Origin: Abditibacterium sp.
GTDB lineage: Bacteria; Armatimonadota; Abditibacteriia; Abditibacteriales; Abditibacteriaceae
Assembly (NCBI GenBank): GCA_965246885.1
Contig: OZ251992.1
Span: 1,184,001-1,248,000 of the forward strand
Direction of reading: 5' to 3'
DNA length: 64,000 bases
The notes beneath the pieces are model-generated. The model did not search any database. It was not told where the DNA came from and saw only the letters and a program-made list of their open reading frames with translations. This document shows positions 46,003 through 55,515 of this stretch, piece after piece (positions within the stretch are counted from its first letter, which is position 1; each line of letters begins with the position of its first letter). The position numbers and the translations under genes were made by a program.

Positions 46003-47601
46003 TTAGTAGTAGGAGCCGATGGAAGGCGCGTCTTTGGGAGATGCATCCGGCACGCCCGCTTTGCGCGAGTCCTTGATTTCCTTGAGGATGGCTTGCGGCG
46101 CCGTGAAGTTGTATTTGTCCTCGTAGAGGCGCGTTTGGCGCAGGGCGTAGAAGTCGAGCGCGTTGCGCGAGCGCGAGCGATACCAAGTCTCGTACGCGAG
46201 TTGCGCGAAGTTCTTCTCGGCTTTGGCATTGTGCCCCGCGCTGGCGGTTTTGGTGGCTTTGTCGGCGAGGGTGGCGAGGAAGTGCAAGCCCAACTCTTGC
46301 GAGCTTTGGCGCTCGTCCTCACGCAGCTTTTCGAGCTTGGCTTGAATGACGGCAGGGGCGTCGCCGCTCAGTTCGTAGATTTTGGCCATGACCGGCAGCT
46401 TTTGCAGATGATATTTTGGGTCGGCCTTCATCACGCCAGTGATGGCGTTGATGGCGCCTTGCAAATCGCCTTTGTCGGCCAATAACTGCGCGGGCAAGTA
46501 GCGCGCGGTGATGGAAACGTAAGCGCCAACGGGCTGGTCGCGGCCCGTTTGTCCGGCGATCTTTTGGCGCACGGCGTAGGCTTGGACGAGTTCCTCGACG
46601 TCGGGCACGAGTTGCTTGACCTGCGCTTTGGTGACGGCGTCAGTTTTGGGCGAGGTGTAAAGCTCGGCGATGGATTGGTAGTCGTTGCCGTAGAGTCCCC
46701 AGTAACGTCCGTTGGCATCGAGCATTTTGCGGTCGGTGGAATCGGCTTTAATGCCCATAAGGTCGCCAGCGTAATGGTCGAGCGCCTGATGGAAGCGCGG
46801 CATGCGCTCCAGCAAGTGGCCAATGGTGCGCCCCAAGACGTCGAGGCCGTTGTCCTGCTTGATGGTTTTACCGCCGGGGCCAGTGACTTCGACGGTGCGG
46901 GCATCGGACTGCTTGCGCGCCATCTTGTATAAGCTGAGTGTCTTGTCGTCGTAGAGGCCCGCTTTTTCGGCGCGCGTCCAGCCGTACTCGAACCACAAGC
47001 GGTAGGTGTCGGGGTTCATCGCGGAACCCCGGTCAAGATAGTCCACGCCGGTAGCGACAGCGTTATCTTGCGCGATGCGGATGGCTTTGTCGCCCTTGGC
47101 CTTGTAGTCGGGGTTGGAAGGGATGTCGGCGTAGATGTTATACGCCCAGTGCCAGCCCGCCGTTGACCACGCATCAATGAACTGCGGATCGAGGGTCACG
47201 ACCGCTTCCATGAGCGGGACTTGGCGAGTGAATAAACCTTGATGCCAATACTCGTCGGACTTCATCCACAACAGATTGGCGACTTGCGAGCGGAAGCCCG
47301 ACGCCAAGCCCGCCACCATCAAGCTGGACAAAACCGAGAAGTTGAGCTTGACGGAGCCGGTGCCGCTGATTCTTCCTTGAGAGTCCACTTCTTGCCCCTT
47401 CTCGGAGGAGGAATTGGCCAAGCGGTCGAGCCATTGAAGCGACTCGGCGTAGCCTTCGCGCTTGCTGGTTTCCTTGCCAGTGAAAGGGTCTTTGAGGTGC
47501 GCGTCGTTGTTGCGCATCTTGAGCAGGCCCGGTTGCGTGAGATTGTATGAGACAAGCAGCGCCCCGGCCAAGCCGAGGACGCCCCATTTGTTGAGTTGCA
47601 T
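46003..47601 (-). CDS. Membrane-anchored TPR-like protein associated with ABC exporter (PilG/XapA-like)
   Basis: GFRSQVANLLWMKSDEYWH, TLDPQFIDAW...WH.AYN, G..MNP..YRL; AAGGAG RBS. Confidence 0.75.
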   Translation of the reverse strand: MQLNKWGVLGLAGALLVSYNLTQPGLLKMRNNDAHLKDPFTGKETSKREGYAESLQWLDRLANSSSEKGQEVDSQGRISGTGSVKLNFSVLSSLMVAGLASGFRSQVANLLWMKSDEYWHQGLFTRQVPLMEAVVTLDPQFIDAWSTAGWHWAYNIYADIPSNPDYKAKGDKAIRIAQDNAVATGVDYLDRGSAMNPDTYRLWFEYGWTRAEKAGLYDDKTLSLYKMARKQSDARTVEVTGPGGKTIKQDNGLDVLGRTIGHLLERMPRFHQALDHYAGDLMGIKADSTDRKMLDANGRYWGLYGNDYQSIAELYTSPKTDAVTKAQVKQLVPDVEELVQAYAVRQKIAGQTGRDQPVGAYVSITARYLPAQLLADKGDLQGAINAITGVMKADPKYHLQKLPVMAKIYELSGDAPAVIQAKLEKLREDERQSSQELGLHFLATLADKATKTASAGHNAKAEKNFAQLAYETWYRSRSRNALDFYALRQTRLYEDKYNFTAPQAILKEIKDSRKAGVPDASPKDAPSIGSYY

Positions 47602-47616
47602 GATGCTCCTTTTTCT

Positions 47617-48726
47617 TTAGAACTCCCGGTCGCTGAACGCGAAATACGCGATGGTCAGTAGCACCGCCGCGTAGACAGCGCCAGACGAGGCGGCTTTGAG
47701 AATGTAGTTCGCCGCGACAGGTGCGTCGTTGATGAGCCGCGCGCGCACGTCGAAGCGGTCGAGTCGCGGCAAAAAGAAGTAAACGAAGTTTACTACCGCC
47801 GTCAAACCCGGCCCCAGTAGTGGCTTGGCCGCGCTCGAAGCCGCGCCCGTGCCACCCGTGAGCCGCTCCCAATACGGCGCCGATTGGCCCAAGAAGTAAA
47901 CGACGAAGGAGAGGATAATCGCCGTGATGCCCGTTGTGAACTGCGACAGAACAATGGCCAGCGCCGCCATGATGGACAGCGTGCCAAAGTGCAGCATCAG
48001 CGACTTAAGCAGGTTCCAGTCGTCGAACGCGAGGCCGCGCGGCGAAATGCCGCCGCCCGTCGGGGTCAAAGCTGCCGACAAGCCGCCCTGTTTGCTAATC
48101 ACGAACAGCGAATAGGACAGGATGAACACCGCCGCCATGAAGACGAGGTTGAACAAGAGCACCATCAGCACGCCGAGGTATTTACCGATAAGAAATTCCA
48201 AGCGAGTCACCGGCTTGGACAGAATCGTAAAGATGGTGCGCCGCTCGATTTCCGGCGGGATGGTCGCCGTGCCCAAAAATATTGCCGTGATGAGCGTCAG
48301 AATGACCGTAAAGCCCACGCCGTAGTCGAGCAGAAACTTCTTTTGCTCGCCGGGCGACATAAACGTGAACAGCGTCGAAACGCCGAGCATGACGACGGCA
48401 AAGCCAAGGAGCACCGTCACCCAGCGCCGCCGGATGGCTTCTTGAAACGTCGTGACGGCGACTGTCCATGCGGCGGGCGAGGTCAGCCAAATGAGGGCGG
48501 CGACCACACCGAAACCGGCGAAGTCGAACGGCGACAAGCGGTCGGCGAGGCCCGATTCTCCGGCGGGCGAACGATAACCGCCGAGGGCATAATAAAGTGC
48601 CACGAGCGCGACCAGTCCAAGCAGGATGAACTGCTTCGCGCGCCACGCGGCGGGAACGGCCACGCCTTCGCCCGTCGCAGTGGACGAAACGAGGGGCCGG
48701 TTAGATAAAGTGGGATTGGCAGCCAT
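47617..48726 (-). CDS. ABC-2 type permease (PilI-like)
   Basis: TFQEAIRRR, EIERRTIFTILSKPVTR.EFLIGKYLG, FSDREF. Confidence 0.88.
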   Translation of the reverse strand: MAANPTLSNRPLVSSTATGEGVAVPAAWRAKQFILLGLVALVALYYALGGYRSPAGESGLADRLSPFDFAGFGVVAALIWLTSPAAWTVAVTTFQEAIRRRWVTVLLGFAVVMLGVSTLFTFMSPGEQKKFLLDYGVGFTVILTLITAIFLGTATIPPEIERRTIFTILSKPVTRLEFLIGKYLGVLMVLLFNLVFMAAVFILSYSLFVISKQGGLSAALTPTGGGISPRGLAFDDWNLLKSLMLHFGTLSIMAALAIVLSQFTTGITAIILSFVVYFLGQSAPYWERLTGGTGAASSAAKPLLGPGLTAVVNFVYFFLPRLDRFDVRARLINDAPVAANYILKAASSGAVYAAVLLTIAYFAFSDREF

Positions 48727-48734
48727 AGCAGAGG

Positions 48735-48792
48735 AGAGGTTAGAAGTCAGAGATTTAGAGGTTAGAAGCTGCGTGGGCGTGTTCTAACCTCT
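48735..48792. repeat. AGAGGTTAGAAG direct repeats plus an inverted copy
   Basis: agaggttagaag at 48735 and 48757; ttctaacctct at 48782; related motif at 23985-24011. Confidence 0.6.
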
Positions 48793-48797
48793 GACAA

Positions 48798-49790
48798 TTA
48801 CCCCCGTCCGTCGCTCTTGACGCTACGCACGAAGACGTCTTCGAGGGTTTCGGAGTAGCCCTTCACGTCGAGGGTGCGCGCGTCTTGGTCGTTGATGAAG
48901 CGCAGAACGGTTTGCAAGCCTTCGCTCGACTGCGCCTCGAACTTGACGTGGCCGTTCTCGCGCACGAAGGGCATTTGCAACCCCTGCGCTTTGGCAAGCG
49001 CGGCGTCGGAGAAGCCTTCGGCGAAGATTTCAAAGTGCTGGCTCGGCCCGACCAGTTCGGCGACGGTGCCGAACTTGACGAGTTTGCCTTCGGACAGAAT
49101 CGCCACGCGGTCGCAAATGCTTTGCACGTCGGCGAGCAAGTGCGAACACATCAACACGGTCTTTCCGGCGTCGCGCACGCGCAAGATGGTGTCCTTCATG
49201 CCGCGCGCGCCGATGGGGTCGAGACCCGTTGTCGGTTCGTCCAAGAACAAGAGTTCCGGGTCGTTGAGCAGGGCTTGGGCGAGACCGACGCGTTGCATCA
49301 TGCCCTTGGAGTAGGTGCGAATGACGCGCTTGCGGTCAGCCTTGTTGAGGCCCACCATATCCAGAATCTCCTCGGATTTCTGCTGGCGCACGGCTTTGGA
49401 GTAGCCAAAGAGCTTGCCATAGAAGTCGAGAACTTCGTAGGAGTTCAGGTGGTCGTAAAAGTACGGGCCGTCGGGCAAAAAGCCGATGCGCTGCTTGACG
49501 GCGACATCGCGCGGGCCGCGCCCGAAGATTTCGACGCTGCCACCGGTCGGCTTGATGAGGCCGAGCATGGTTTTGAGCGTGGTGGTTTTGCCCGACCCGT
49601 TGGGGCCGACTAAGCCGAAGATTTCGCCGCGCCGCACGTCAATGGTGAGCGAATGGAGCGCGACTTTGCCCGTGCGCGCGAACGCGGGGCGGTAGGTCTT
49701 GTTCAGGTTGTGAGTTTGAATGATGACTTCGCGGTCACTCGTGGGAACCAAAGTTTCAACGGGCGAGGCGGTGTCTTGTATTTGTGGCAT
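48798..49790 (-). CDS. ABC transporter ATP-binding protein (PilH-like)
   Basis: GPNGSGKTT, YSKGMMQR, LDEP, SH; AAGGAG RBS before ATG 49790. Confidence 0.93.
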   Translation of the reverse strand: MPQIQDTASPVETLVPTSDREVIIQTHNLNKTYRPAFARTGKVALHSLTIDVRRGEIFGLVGPNGSGKTTTLKTMLGLIKPTGGSVEIFGRGPRDVAVKQRIGFLPDGPYFYDHLNSYEVLDFYGKLFGYSKAVRQQKSEEILDMVGLNKADRKRVIRTYSKGMMQRVGLAQALLNDPELLFLDEPTTGLDPIGARGMKDTILRVRDAGKTVLMCSHLLADVQSICDRVAILSEGKLVKFGTVAELVGPSQHFEIFAEGFSDAALAKAQGLQMPFVRENGHVKFEAQSSEGLQTVLRFINDQDARTLDVKGYSETLEDVFVRSVKSDGRG

Positions 49791-49830
49791 AACCACTCCT
49801 TAAGCGAAAATAAGCGCGGGAACACTCGAA

Positions 49831-49839
49831 ATTATAGCA
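49831..49839 (-). promoter_or_regulatory. Extended -10 promoter of ABC operon
   Basis: TGCTATAAT on minus strand ~40 nt upstream of the start. Confidence 0.65.
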
Positions 49840-49939
49840 ACCAGAAGCACCCAGACGCCCTCGCCGAAAACACGGTTTCCCACGCTCGCGTGAGAATGTG
49901 TCGAGGGAGGACGCCTGACGCGCGGCCTCCTTTCCCCAG

Positions 49940-50043
49940 TCGCCCATATCTGTGCTTCTGTCGCCCATGCCGGTCGTTGGTCGCCAGAGGTGCGCCAAGC
50001 GCTGCCAGAGGTGCGCCAAGCGTCGCCAGAGGTGCGCCGGTCA
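49940..50043. repeat. 21-bp-period array downstream of arfB
   Basis: tcgccagaggtgcgccaagcg / ctgccagaggtgcgccaagcg / tcgccagaggtgcgccggtca, preceded by two degenerate tcgcccat units. Confidence 0.85.
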
Positions 50044-50460
50044 CTCAGTTTCGCTAATGGTGCGAGCGCGTTTGCGGGCGCTCTGGAACCGTTTGTCGTC
50101 GAGCCGCTTGCGGGCGGCGGCGCGCGAGGGTTTAGTGGGGCGGCGCAGGAGCGGGGCGACACTCGCACGCGCGATGAGTTCAATCAAGCGGGCGCGGGCG
50201 GCTTCGCGGTTGCGCTCTTGGGTGCGCGCGGTTTGCGCTTTGAGAATCAGCACGCCCTCGCGGGTGGCGCGCGAGCCAACGAGGATAAGCAGCCGCTCCT
50301 TGACTTCGGGCGGCAAGGAGGGGGAGTTGGCGATGTCGAAGCGCAGTTGAACCGCCGTCGCCACTTTGTTGACGTTTTGCCCGCCCGCGCCCGACGAGCG
50401 CACGAACTCTTCGTGTATCTCGTCTTCGCGCAAGGCGATGTGGGGCGTGATGGGAATCAT
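50041..50460 (-). CDS. arfB: Alternative ribosome-rescue peptidyl-tRNA hydrolase
   Basis: RSSGAGGQNVNKVATAV, RTQERNR, basic tail RRPTKPS. Confidence 0.95.
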   Translation of the reverse strand: MIPITPHIALREDEIHEEFVRSSGAGGQNVNKVATAVQLRFDIANSPSLPPEVKERLLILVGSRATREGVLILKAQTARTQERNREAARARLIELIARASVAPLLRRPTKPSRAAARKRLDDKRFQSARKRARTISETE

Positions 50461-50514
50461 GGCGGTTCAGACGAACGGGTTGGACGCAAAGGCGCGGTTT
50501 TTTGGGCGCGGTGG

Positions 50515-51669
50515 TTACGTGTCCAAGCCCCCATACAACTCCAGCATCTTGCTGGTGTGGTCGGCGATGTGGAAGCGGTTTTCGACGGAGGGGCGGGCGT
50601 TGTGCGCTATGTGAGCGCGCAAGGGCGCGTCCAACAGGACGCGCTTCATGGCGTGAACGAGGCCGTCGGCGGTTTCGGGTTCGACGAGCAGGCCGTCTTC
50701 TTCCGGTTTGATGATCTCTTTGGGGCCGTTGGAGTTCATGGCGATGACGGGCTTTTCCATCGCCATCGCTTCCATGACCACGCGGGCGAACGGCTCATCG
50801 AGCGCGGGGTGGACGAGGCAGTCGAGGGCCGCCATCGCGTCGCCGCCGTCGGTTTGCTGCGGCACGAAGTTGAAGCGGTGCATCAGCTCGGCTTTTTTGA
50901 CTTCGGCGCGCAGTTCTTTGATGTAGCCCTGTTGCTCGCCCCACAAGTCGCCGCCAATGACCACGAAGCGCGCGGTCGCGCAGCCTTGCTCGTGGGCCAG
51001 TTTGTGCGCGGCTTCGATGAAGTCGCGGTGGTTCTTCCAAGGCACCAACTGCCCGACCATGCCGAATACGAACGCAGTGGGCGGAATGGCGAGCAGTTCG
51101 CGCACGACCGAGCGCGGGCGGGGGCGCCACTCGTCGGGGTCGAGGCCGTTGTAGACGACGCTGATTTTGTCGCGCGGCACGCCGTCGCGCTCCAAGGCGT
51201 CGGCGACGCAGTTGGAAATGGCCACGACGCGCGCCGCTTTTTGCGCCAATTGCGGCGCCATCTTGCCAAGGGGCACGAGGTCGCGGCAGTGCCACAGCGC
51301 CGGTTTGCCGGTCTTTTCGCCCGCCAAACCGCCAACGAGGTGGGCGGTGGTGGAGTTGGAGTGGATGATTTTAGCGTTGGCGCCTTGCGCGAGGCGGCAG
51401 ATGTGCGGCGCCGTTTGCATGACATGGAGCAGGGAGGACATGGTGTCGAACAGACCGCGCGGGCGGTGCAAGCGGCGAAGCGGCGCGAGCGTCACGCTCC
51501 AGCCCTCGTCGCGCAGGAGAGTGGTGAGCGCGCCTTCGCCGGGCAGGGCCACAAGCGGGTCAATGGGCGCGTCGGCGCGGCGAAGTCCCCACAACAGCGC
51601 GCGCAGCGAAGCCTCGGCTCCGCTCATTTGCGCGGAGTGGTTCAGATACAAAACGGTGTCTTTGGACAT
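50515..51669 (-). CDS. Glycosyltransferase family 4
   Basis: SGAE, VYNG, GQL.PWK, EPFARVVMEAMA. Confidence 0.92.
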   Translation of the reverse strand: MSKDTVLYLNHSAQMSGAEASLRALLWGLRRADAPIDPLVALPGEGALTTLLRDEGWSVTLAPLRRLHRPRGLFDTMSSLLHVMQTAPHICRLAQGANAKIIHSNSTTAHLVGGLAGEKTGKPALWHCRDLVPLGKMAPQLAQKAARVVAISNCVADALERDGVPRDKISVVYNGLDPDEWRPRPRSVVRELLAIPPTAFVFGMVGQLVPWKNHRDFIEAAHKLAHEQGCATARFVVIGGDLWGEQQGYIKELRAEVKKAELMHRFNFVPQQTDGGDAMAALDCLVHPALDEPFARVVMEAMAMEKPVIAMNSNGPKEIIKPEEDGLLVEPETADGLVHAMKRVLLDAPLRAHIAHNARPSVENRFHIADHTSKMLELYGGLDT

Positions 51670-51738
51670 GGTGGTCAAGAGCGCAACGGGACTTCCCCAT
51701 TTTGCCACATTTCGGGCGGTCGGTGAACCCCCGCCTTT

Positions 51739-52572
51739 TCACTTCCCGGCGAGCCACCCCTCCGTTTGCGCGAAAACTTCCTCTTCCCACGCGAGGCCGT
51801 AGAAGGAATGGTTGGCGCCCTCGACCAAATGGAAGCGGCTGATGCGCGGCGAGTGAGCCTCGTAGAAGGCGCGCGCGGCGGGGGTGATGGGGTCGGCACC
51901 GCCGTAAATCTGCCAGATTTCGCCGCCAAACGCGCCCCAGTCTTTCAAACTTTGCGCGCGGAAGCCGGGGGGCAGTTGACCAGCGTCGTCTGACTCGCGG
52001 TTTTTGTGAGCCGCGCCGCCGCCGCCTTGCAGGGCGCTTTTGACGCCCGCCGTGTCCACTTGCCCGCGCAGAACTTTGGCGTAGGTGGCGGGGTTGAGCA
52101 ACTTGCGCGCGTATAGGCGCCAGTTCGCGGCGCGCTTTTGGGCACCTCCGGCGTTTTCGGGCGGCGCGGCGAAGATGGGCGCGCTCCACAAAATGGCGCC
52201 CGCGATGCCCGCTTCGACCGCCGCGACCGCGATCTCGCTTCCCGAACATAAGCCCAGCACCCAGACAGGCCCGCCGCCCTCGCCGCGCACGGACGCGAAC
52301 ACGTCGCGCGCGTCGTCGCGCATGGTGGCAAGCGAAGCGAGGCCGGTGTCGCCCTCGGAGTCGCCGCGCCCCGCGAAATCGAAGCGCACACACTCGAAGC
52401 CCAAAGCGCAAAAGCGCCGCGCCGCGCGGGTCAGCATCTGGTGCGGGCCGCACCGCGTCCCACTCCAGCCGTGCAGCATGACGATGGTGCCGCGCGCTTG
52501 GTCAGCGACGTGGTGCACGCCGACGAGCGTCTCGCCGCGCCGGTTGGGGAGGATGAAGGGGACTTCGGTCAT
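51739..52572 (-). CDS. Alpha/beta hydrolase with Cys nucleophile (exosortase-associated hydrolase-like)
   Basis: GPHQM, RFDFAGRGDSEGD, GLCSG, YGGADP, GANHSF. Confidence 0.82.
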   Translation of the reverse strand: MTEVPFILPNRRGETLVGVHHVADQARGTIVMLHGWSGTRCGPHQMLTRAARRFCALGFECVRFDFAGRGDSEGDTGLASLATMRDDARDVFASVRGEGGGPVWVLGLCSGSEIAVAAVEAGIAGAILWSAPIFAAPPENAGGAQKRAANWRLYARKLLNPATYAKVLRGQVDTAGVKSALQGGGGAAHKNRESDDAGQLPPGFRAQSLKDWGAFGGEIWQIYGGADPITPAARAFYEAHSPRISRFHLVEGANHSFYGLAWEEEVFAQTEGWLAGK

Positions 52573-53840
52573 GGGGTGGAGTGTTGCCGTTCCATAAGTT
52601 TCTCTATTACCTCGCACGCCGCGCGTGGGCCGTCCTCCCAGCGCATACGCTCGCCTATACATACCGCGTGGTGGCTTAACGCCTCATAGTTCTCGAACAG
52701 CGTTTGCACGGCGCGATTCGGATGCTTCCGAAGGGAAAAGCCTAAGCCCAAGCGCGTGATGCGCGCCGCGTGGTCGGGTTGGTCGTGCGCGAAAGGCGCG
52801 ATGATTTGTGGCACGCCCGCGCGAAGCGCCTGTGCCGTCGTGCCGATGCCGCCTTGATGCACCACGCACGCCGCGAGCGGAAAGACCTCCGAATAGGGCG
52901 CGTAGTCGAGAACCAACACTTGCTCTTCCGAGTAAGCGCCGCGCAGTTGGGCCGCGTTTTCGCCCGCAATGAGCAAGGCGCGGCGCCCACTCTCCAAACA
53001 GTCCTCCGCGCCGTCCGTGTAGAAGCTCCCGGCGTCGTGCACTGCCGAACTGCCGAGCGTCCACACGACAGGGGGCGGGCCGTCCGCCATCCACTCGCGC
53101 CAATCTTGCCCCGCGTCGGGCGCCTTTAGGCCCTGCGCGTCATAGAAGCAAAAGCCCGTCGCCTTCGTGTGTGCAGGCCAGTCGCTTTGGGGCGCGCAAA
53201 AGTGGCGCGAAAACAGCGCGAGGTTGCCATACGGCGAGAACTGGCCCGCGAACATCGGGTGTCCGGCGTTTTCGAGGCCCTCGTCGGCCCGCAAACGCTC
53301 GACGGCGGCGACCCAAGGGCGCGTGACCCGCTCCCCCGCGCGCACTTGGACGGCGCCCCACAGGGGGCCGAACACCCGCAGCCAATCGAGGTGCGGCATC
53401 GTCGGCGGGGTGGCGGGGTCGCGGCGGCTCCACAGCGAAATCGGAGCGAGCACGCTCGCCAGCCACCGCTTTCCCAGCTTGCGCGCGACAAGCGGCCCCG
53501 CGAGCGCCGCCGGGTGCGTTATCATCACGTCCGCATCGGCGCTCGCCTCTAGGAGGTCGGCGTAAGCCGCGCGGATGGTGGGCGATAAAAGTTCCTCGAA
53601 CAAAAAGCGCGGCCCGTCGCGCTCATTCATCACGCGCTTGGCGAAGTCGCCGAACTCCCCGTCGGGCGGCAAGTCAGGCGCAACCGCGCGAAACTCCAGT
53701 CCCAGCGCTTCCACTTTCGGGCGGTAGCGCTCCGACGTGGCAATCACCGGCGCATGCCCGCGCGCCTTGGCTTCGAGGGCCAGCGCCAGATACGGGTGCA
53801 AGTCGCCGAGCGAGCCGAAGGTGGAAAAGAGGATTTTCAT
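52569..53840 (-). CDS. Glycosyltransferase family 1 (RhlB/UDP-glycosyltransferase-like)
   Basis: GSLGDLHP, TLGSS, HQGGIGTT.QAL.AG.P, HDQPD.A. Confidence 0.92.
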   Translation of the reverse strand: MKILFSTFGSLGDLHPYLALALEAKARGHAPVIATSERYRPKVEALGLEFRAVAPDLPPDGEFGDFAKRVMNERDGPRFLFEELLSPTIRAAYADLLEASADADVMITHPAALAGPLVARKLGKRWLASVLAPISLWSRRDPATPPTMPHLDWLRVFGPLWGAVQVRAGERVTRPWVAAVERLRADEGLENAGHPMFAGQFSPYGNLALFSRHFCAPQSDWPAHTKATGFCFYDAQGLKAPDAGQDWREWMADGPPPVVWTLGSSAVHDAGSFYTDGAEDCLESGRRALLIAGENAAQLRGAYSEEQVLVLDYAPYSEVFPLAACVVHQGGIGTTAQALRAGVPQIIAPFAHDQPDHAARITRLGLGFSLRKHPNRAVQTLFENYEALSHHAVCIGERMRWEDGPRAACEVIEKLMERQHSTP

Positions 53841-53894
53841 GGGCGCAGCGTAGCAAAGAACATCTTAGCGGGGCGAAGCCGCAAACTCTCGTCC

Positions 53895-54272
53895 ATGAAA
53901 CGCCCCTCATGGAAAACGGCGCTGTGGTTCTGCCTGCCCTTCGTGATTCTGGCGGGCATGGCTTGGCTCTCGCGCCGCGCGCTGCAACTCCCCAAGAACA
54001 ACGGCTTCTTCGCGGCGGAGGTCAAGCAAAGAATCCCCGTCGGGATGCCGCTCCGTCAGGCCAAAGAGCTTTTGCGGGGCAACGGGTTTGAAACAGGCCA
54101 TTATGTCCAAACCATCGCGCTCGGACGACCTGCCACTGCGGTGAAATTCACGCGCATGCAGAACGATTTCCCGCGTTTCCTCAACAAGAATGGGTGGGAG
54201 GTTGATCTGTGGGTCAAAAACGGGCGCGTCGCCCATGCACAGGGCGGCTATTACTACAGTAGGTGGGACTGA
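53895..54272 (+). CDS. Hypothetical membrane-anchored protein
   Basis: N-terminal TM helix then small soluble domain. Confidence 0.6.
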   Translation: MKRPSWKTALWFCLPFVILAGMAWLSRRALQLPKNNGFFAAEVKQRIPVGMPLRQAKELLRGNGFETGHYVQTIALGRPATAVKFTRMQNDFPRFLNKNGWEVDLWVKNGRVAHAQGGYYYSRWD

Positions 54273-54320
54273 GCCGCGCACTGGCCTTGTGTTCCTCCGA
54301 GCCTTCCTACACTTGCGCCC

Positions 54321-55511
54321 ATGAATCCGAAATCGCTCGATGCGGTTGTGTTGCGCTATACGGGGTTTGCGCTGTTGTTCGTGAGCCTTGCGGTGATGCT
54401 GTATCTGGTGCGCGGGGTGCTGCCGGTGTTTATTGTCGGCGGGGTCATCGCGTATGCGTTGGAGCCGCTCCTGCAAAAGCTGGAAAAGCGCGGGCGCTCG
54501 CGGGGCAAGGCGGTGGGGTTTGTGTTTGGTATTTACGTTCTGCTGCTGCTGGTAGCGTTTTCGCTGTTGGCGACGGCAGTACAGCAGGGGCAGTCGCTCG
54601 TAGAGCGCGGGCCGGAACTGTTTAAAAGCGCCTCGAAGCTGGTGACGACGACGCAGACGCGCTTGCAGAAGCTGCCTTTGTTGCCGTCGGTGCGCGACGC
54701 GGTGAACAACGCCATCACGTCCGCGACGGCGTCGGTGTCGAAAAGCGCTCCCACGTATGTGCGCGATGTGGGGCTAAACGTCGTGCAGGGCACGGGCTTA
54801 TTCGTGTTTTCGGTGTTCCTGATTACGCTGATTTCTTTTGGCCTGATGCTCGAAGCGCCGCGTCTCAAAGGGCGGCTGATGATGTTGATTCCCCCTCCCA
54901 ACCGGCGGGATATGACGCGGCTGTCGGCCTCGATTAACGAACTGCTGGGCCGCTACGTGCGCGGGCAGATGGTGGTGTGCGCGACGTTCGGGGCGCTGTG
55001 CACTGTTGCCTTCGAGGTGCTCAACCACGTCTACGGGATGCAGTATCCGCTCGTCTTGGGAGCAATGGCAGCGATTCTTTACATTCTGCCCTACTTCGGG
55101 CTGGCGCTCGTGATGGCGGTAGCCACGCTGACGGCGTATCTAACGGCTACGCCCGGACACGGGCTAATCTGCGCGGCGCTCACTTTTGGTTTATGCATCG
55201 CTTTCAACCTGACGGTGGACTACGGTGTGGCACCACGCGTGTTGGGGCGGGGCGTGGGGTTACATCCCCTTGTAGTTATCTTCGCCATTTTGTGCGGCTT
55301 CGAGTTGGGCGGGCCAATCGGCTCCATTTTAGGCGTGCCAGTCGTCGCGTCGCTGCGGGTGATTTTTATCTATTTGTTCCCGCAACTCGTCGCGCCGCTT
55401 CCCGAAGACTCGCCCGAAGCGACCAGCCAAGGCACCCGCCACTCTCCCACGACGGAGATGGTGAGACGCGTGGCCAAGGCGGAATCGAGCGTGCACCGCG
55501 AAGCGATATAG
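54321..55511 (+). CDS. AI-2E family transporter
   Basis: AYALEP, YVRGQ, ILPYFG, VAPRVLG..VGLHP. Confidence 0.92.
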   Translation: MNPKSLDAVVLRYTGFALLFVSLAVMLYLVRGVLPVFIVGGVIAYALEPLLQKLEKRGRSRGKAVGFVFGIYVLLLLVAFSLLATAVQQGQSLVERGPELFKSASKLVTTTQTRLQKLPLLPSVRDAVNNAITSATASVSKSAPTYVRDVGLNVVQGTGLFVFSVFLITLISFGLMLEAPRLKGRLMMLIPPPNRRDMTRLSASINELLGRYVRGQMVVCATFGALCTVAFEVLNHVYGMQYPLVLGAMAAILYILPYFGLALVMAVATLTAYLTATPGHGLICAALTFGLCIAFNLTVDYGVAPRVLGRGVGLHPLVVIFAILCGFELGGPIGSILGVPVVASLRVIFIYLFPQLVAPLPEDSPEATSQGTRHSPTTEMVRRVAKAESSVHREAI

Positions 55512-55515
55512 CGCC

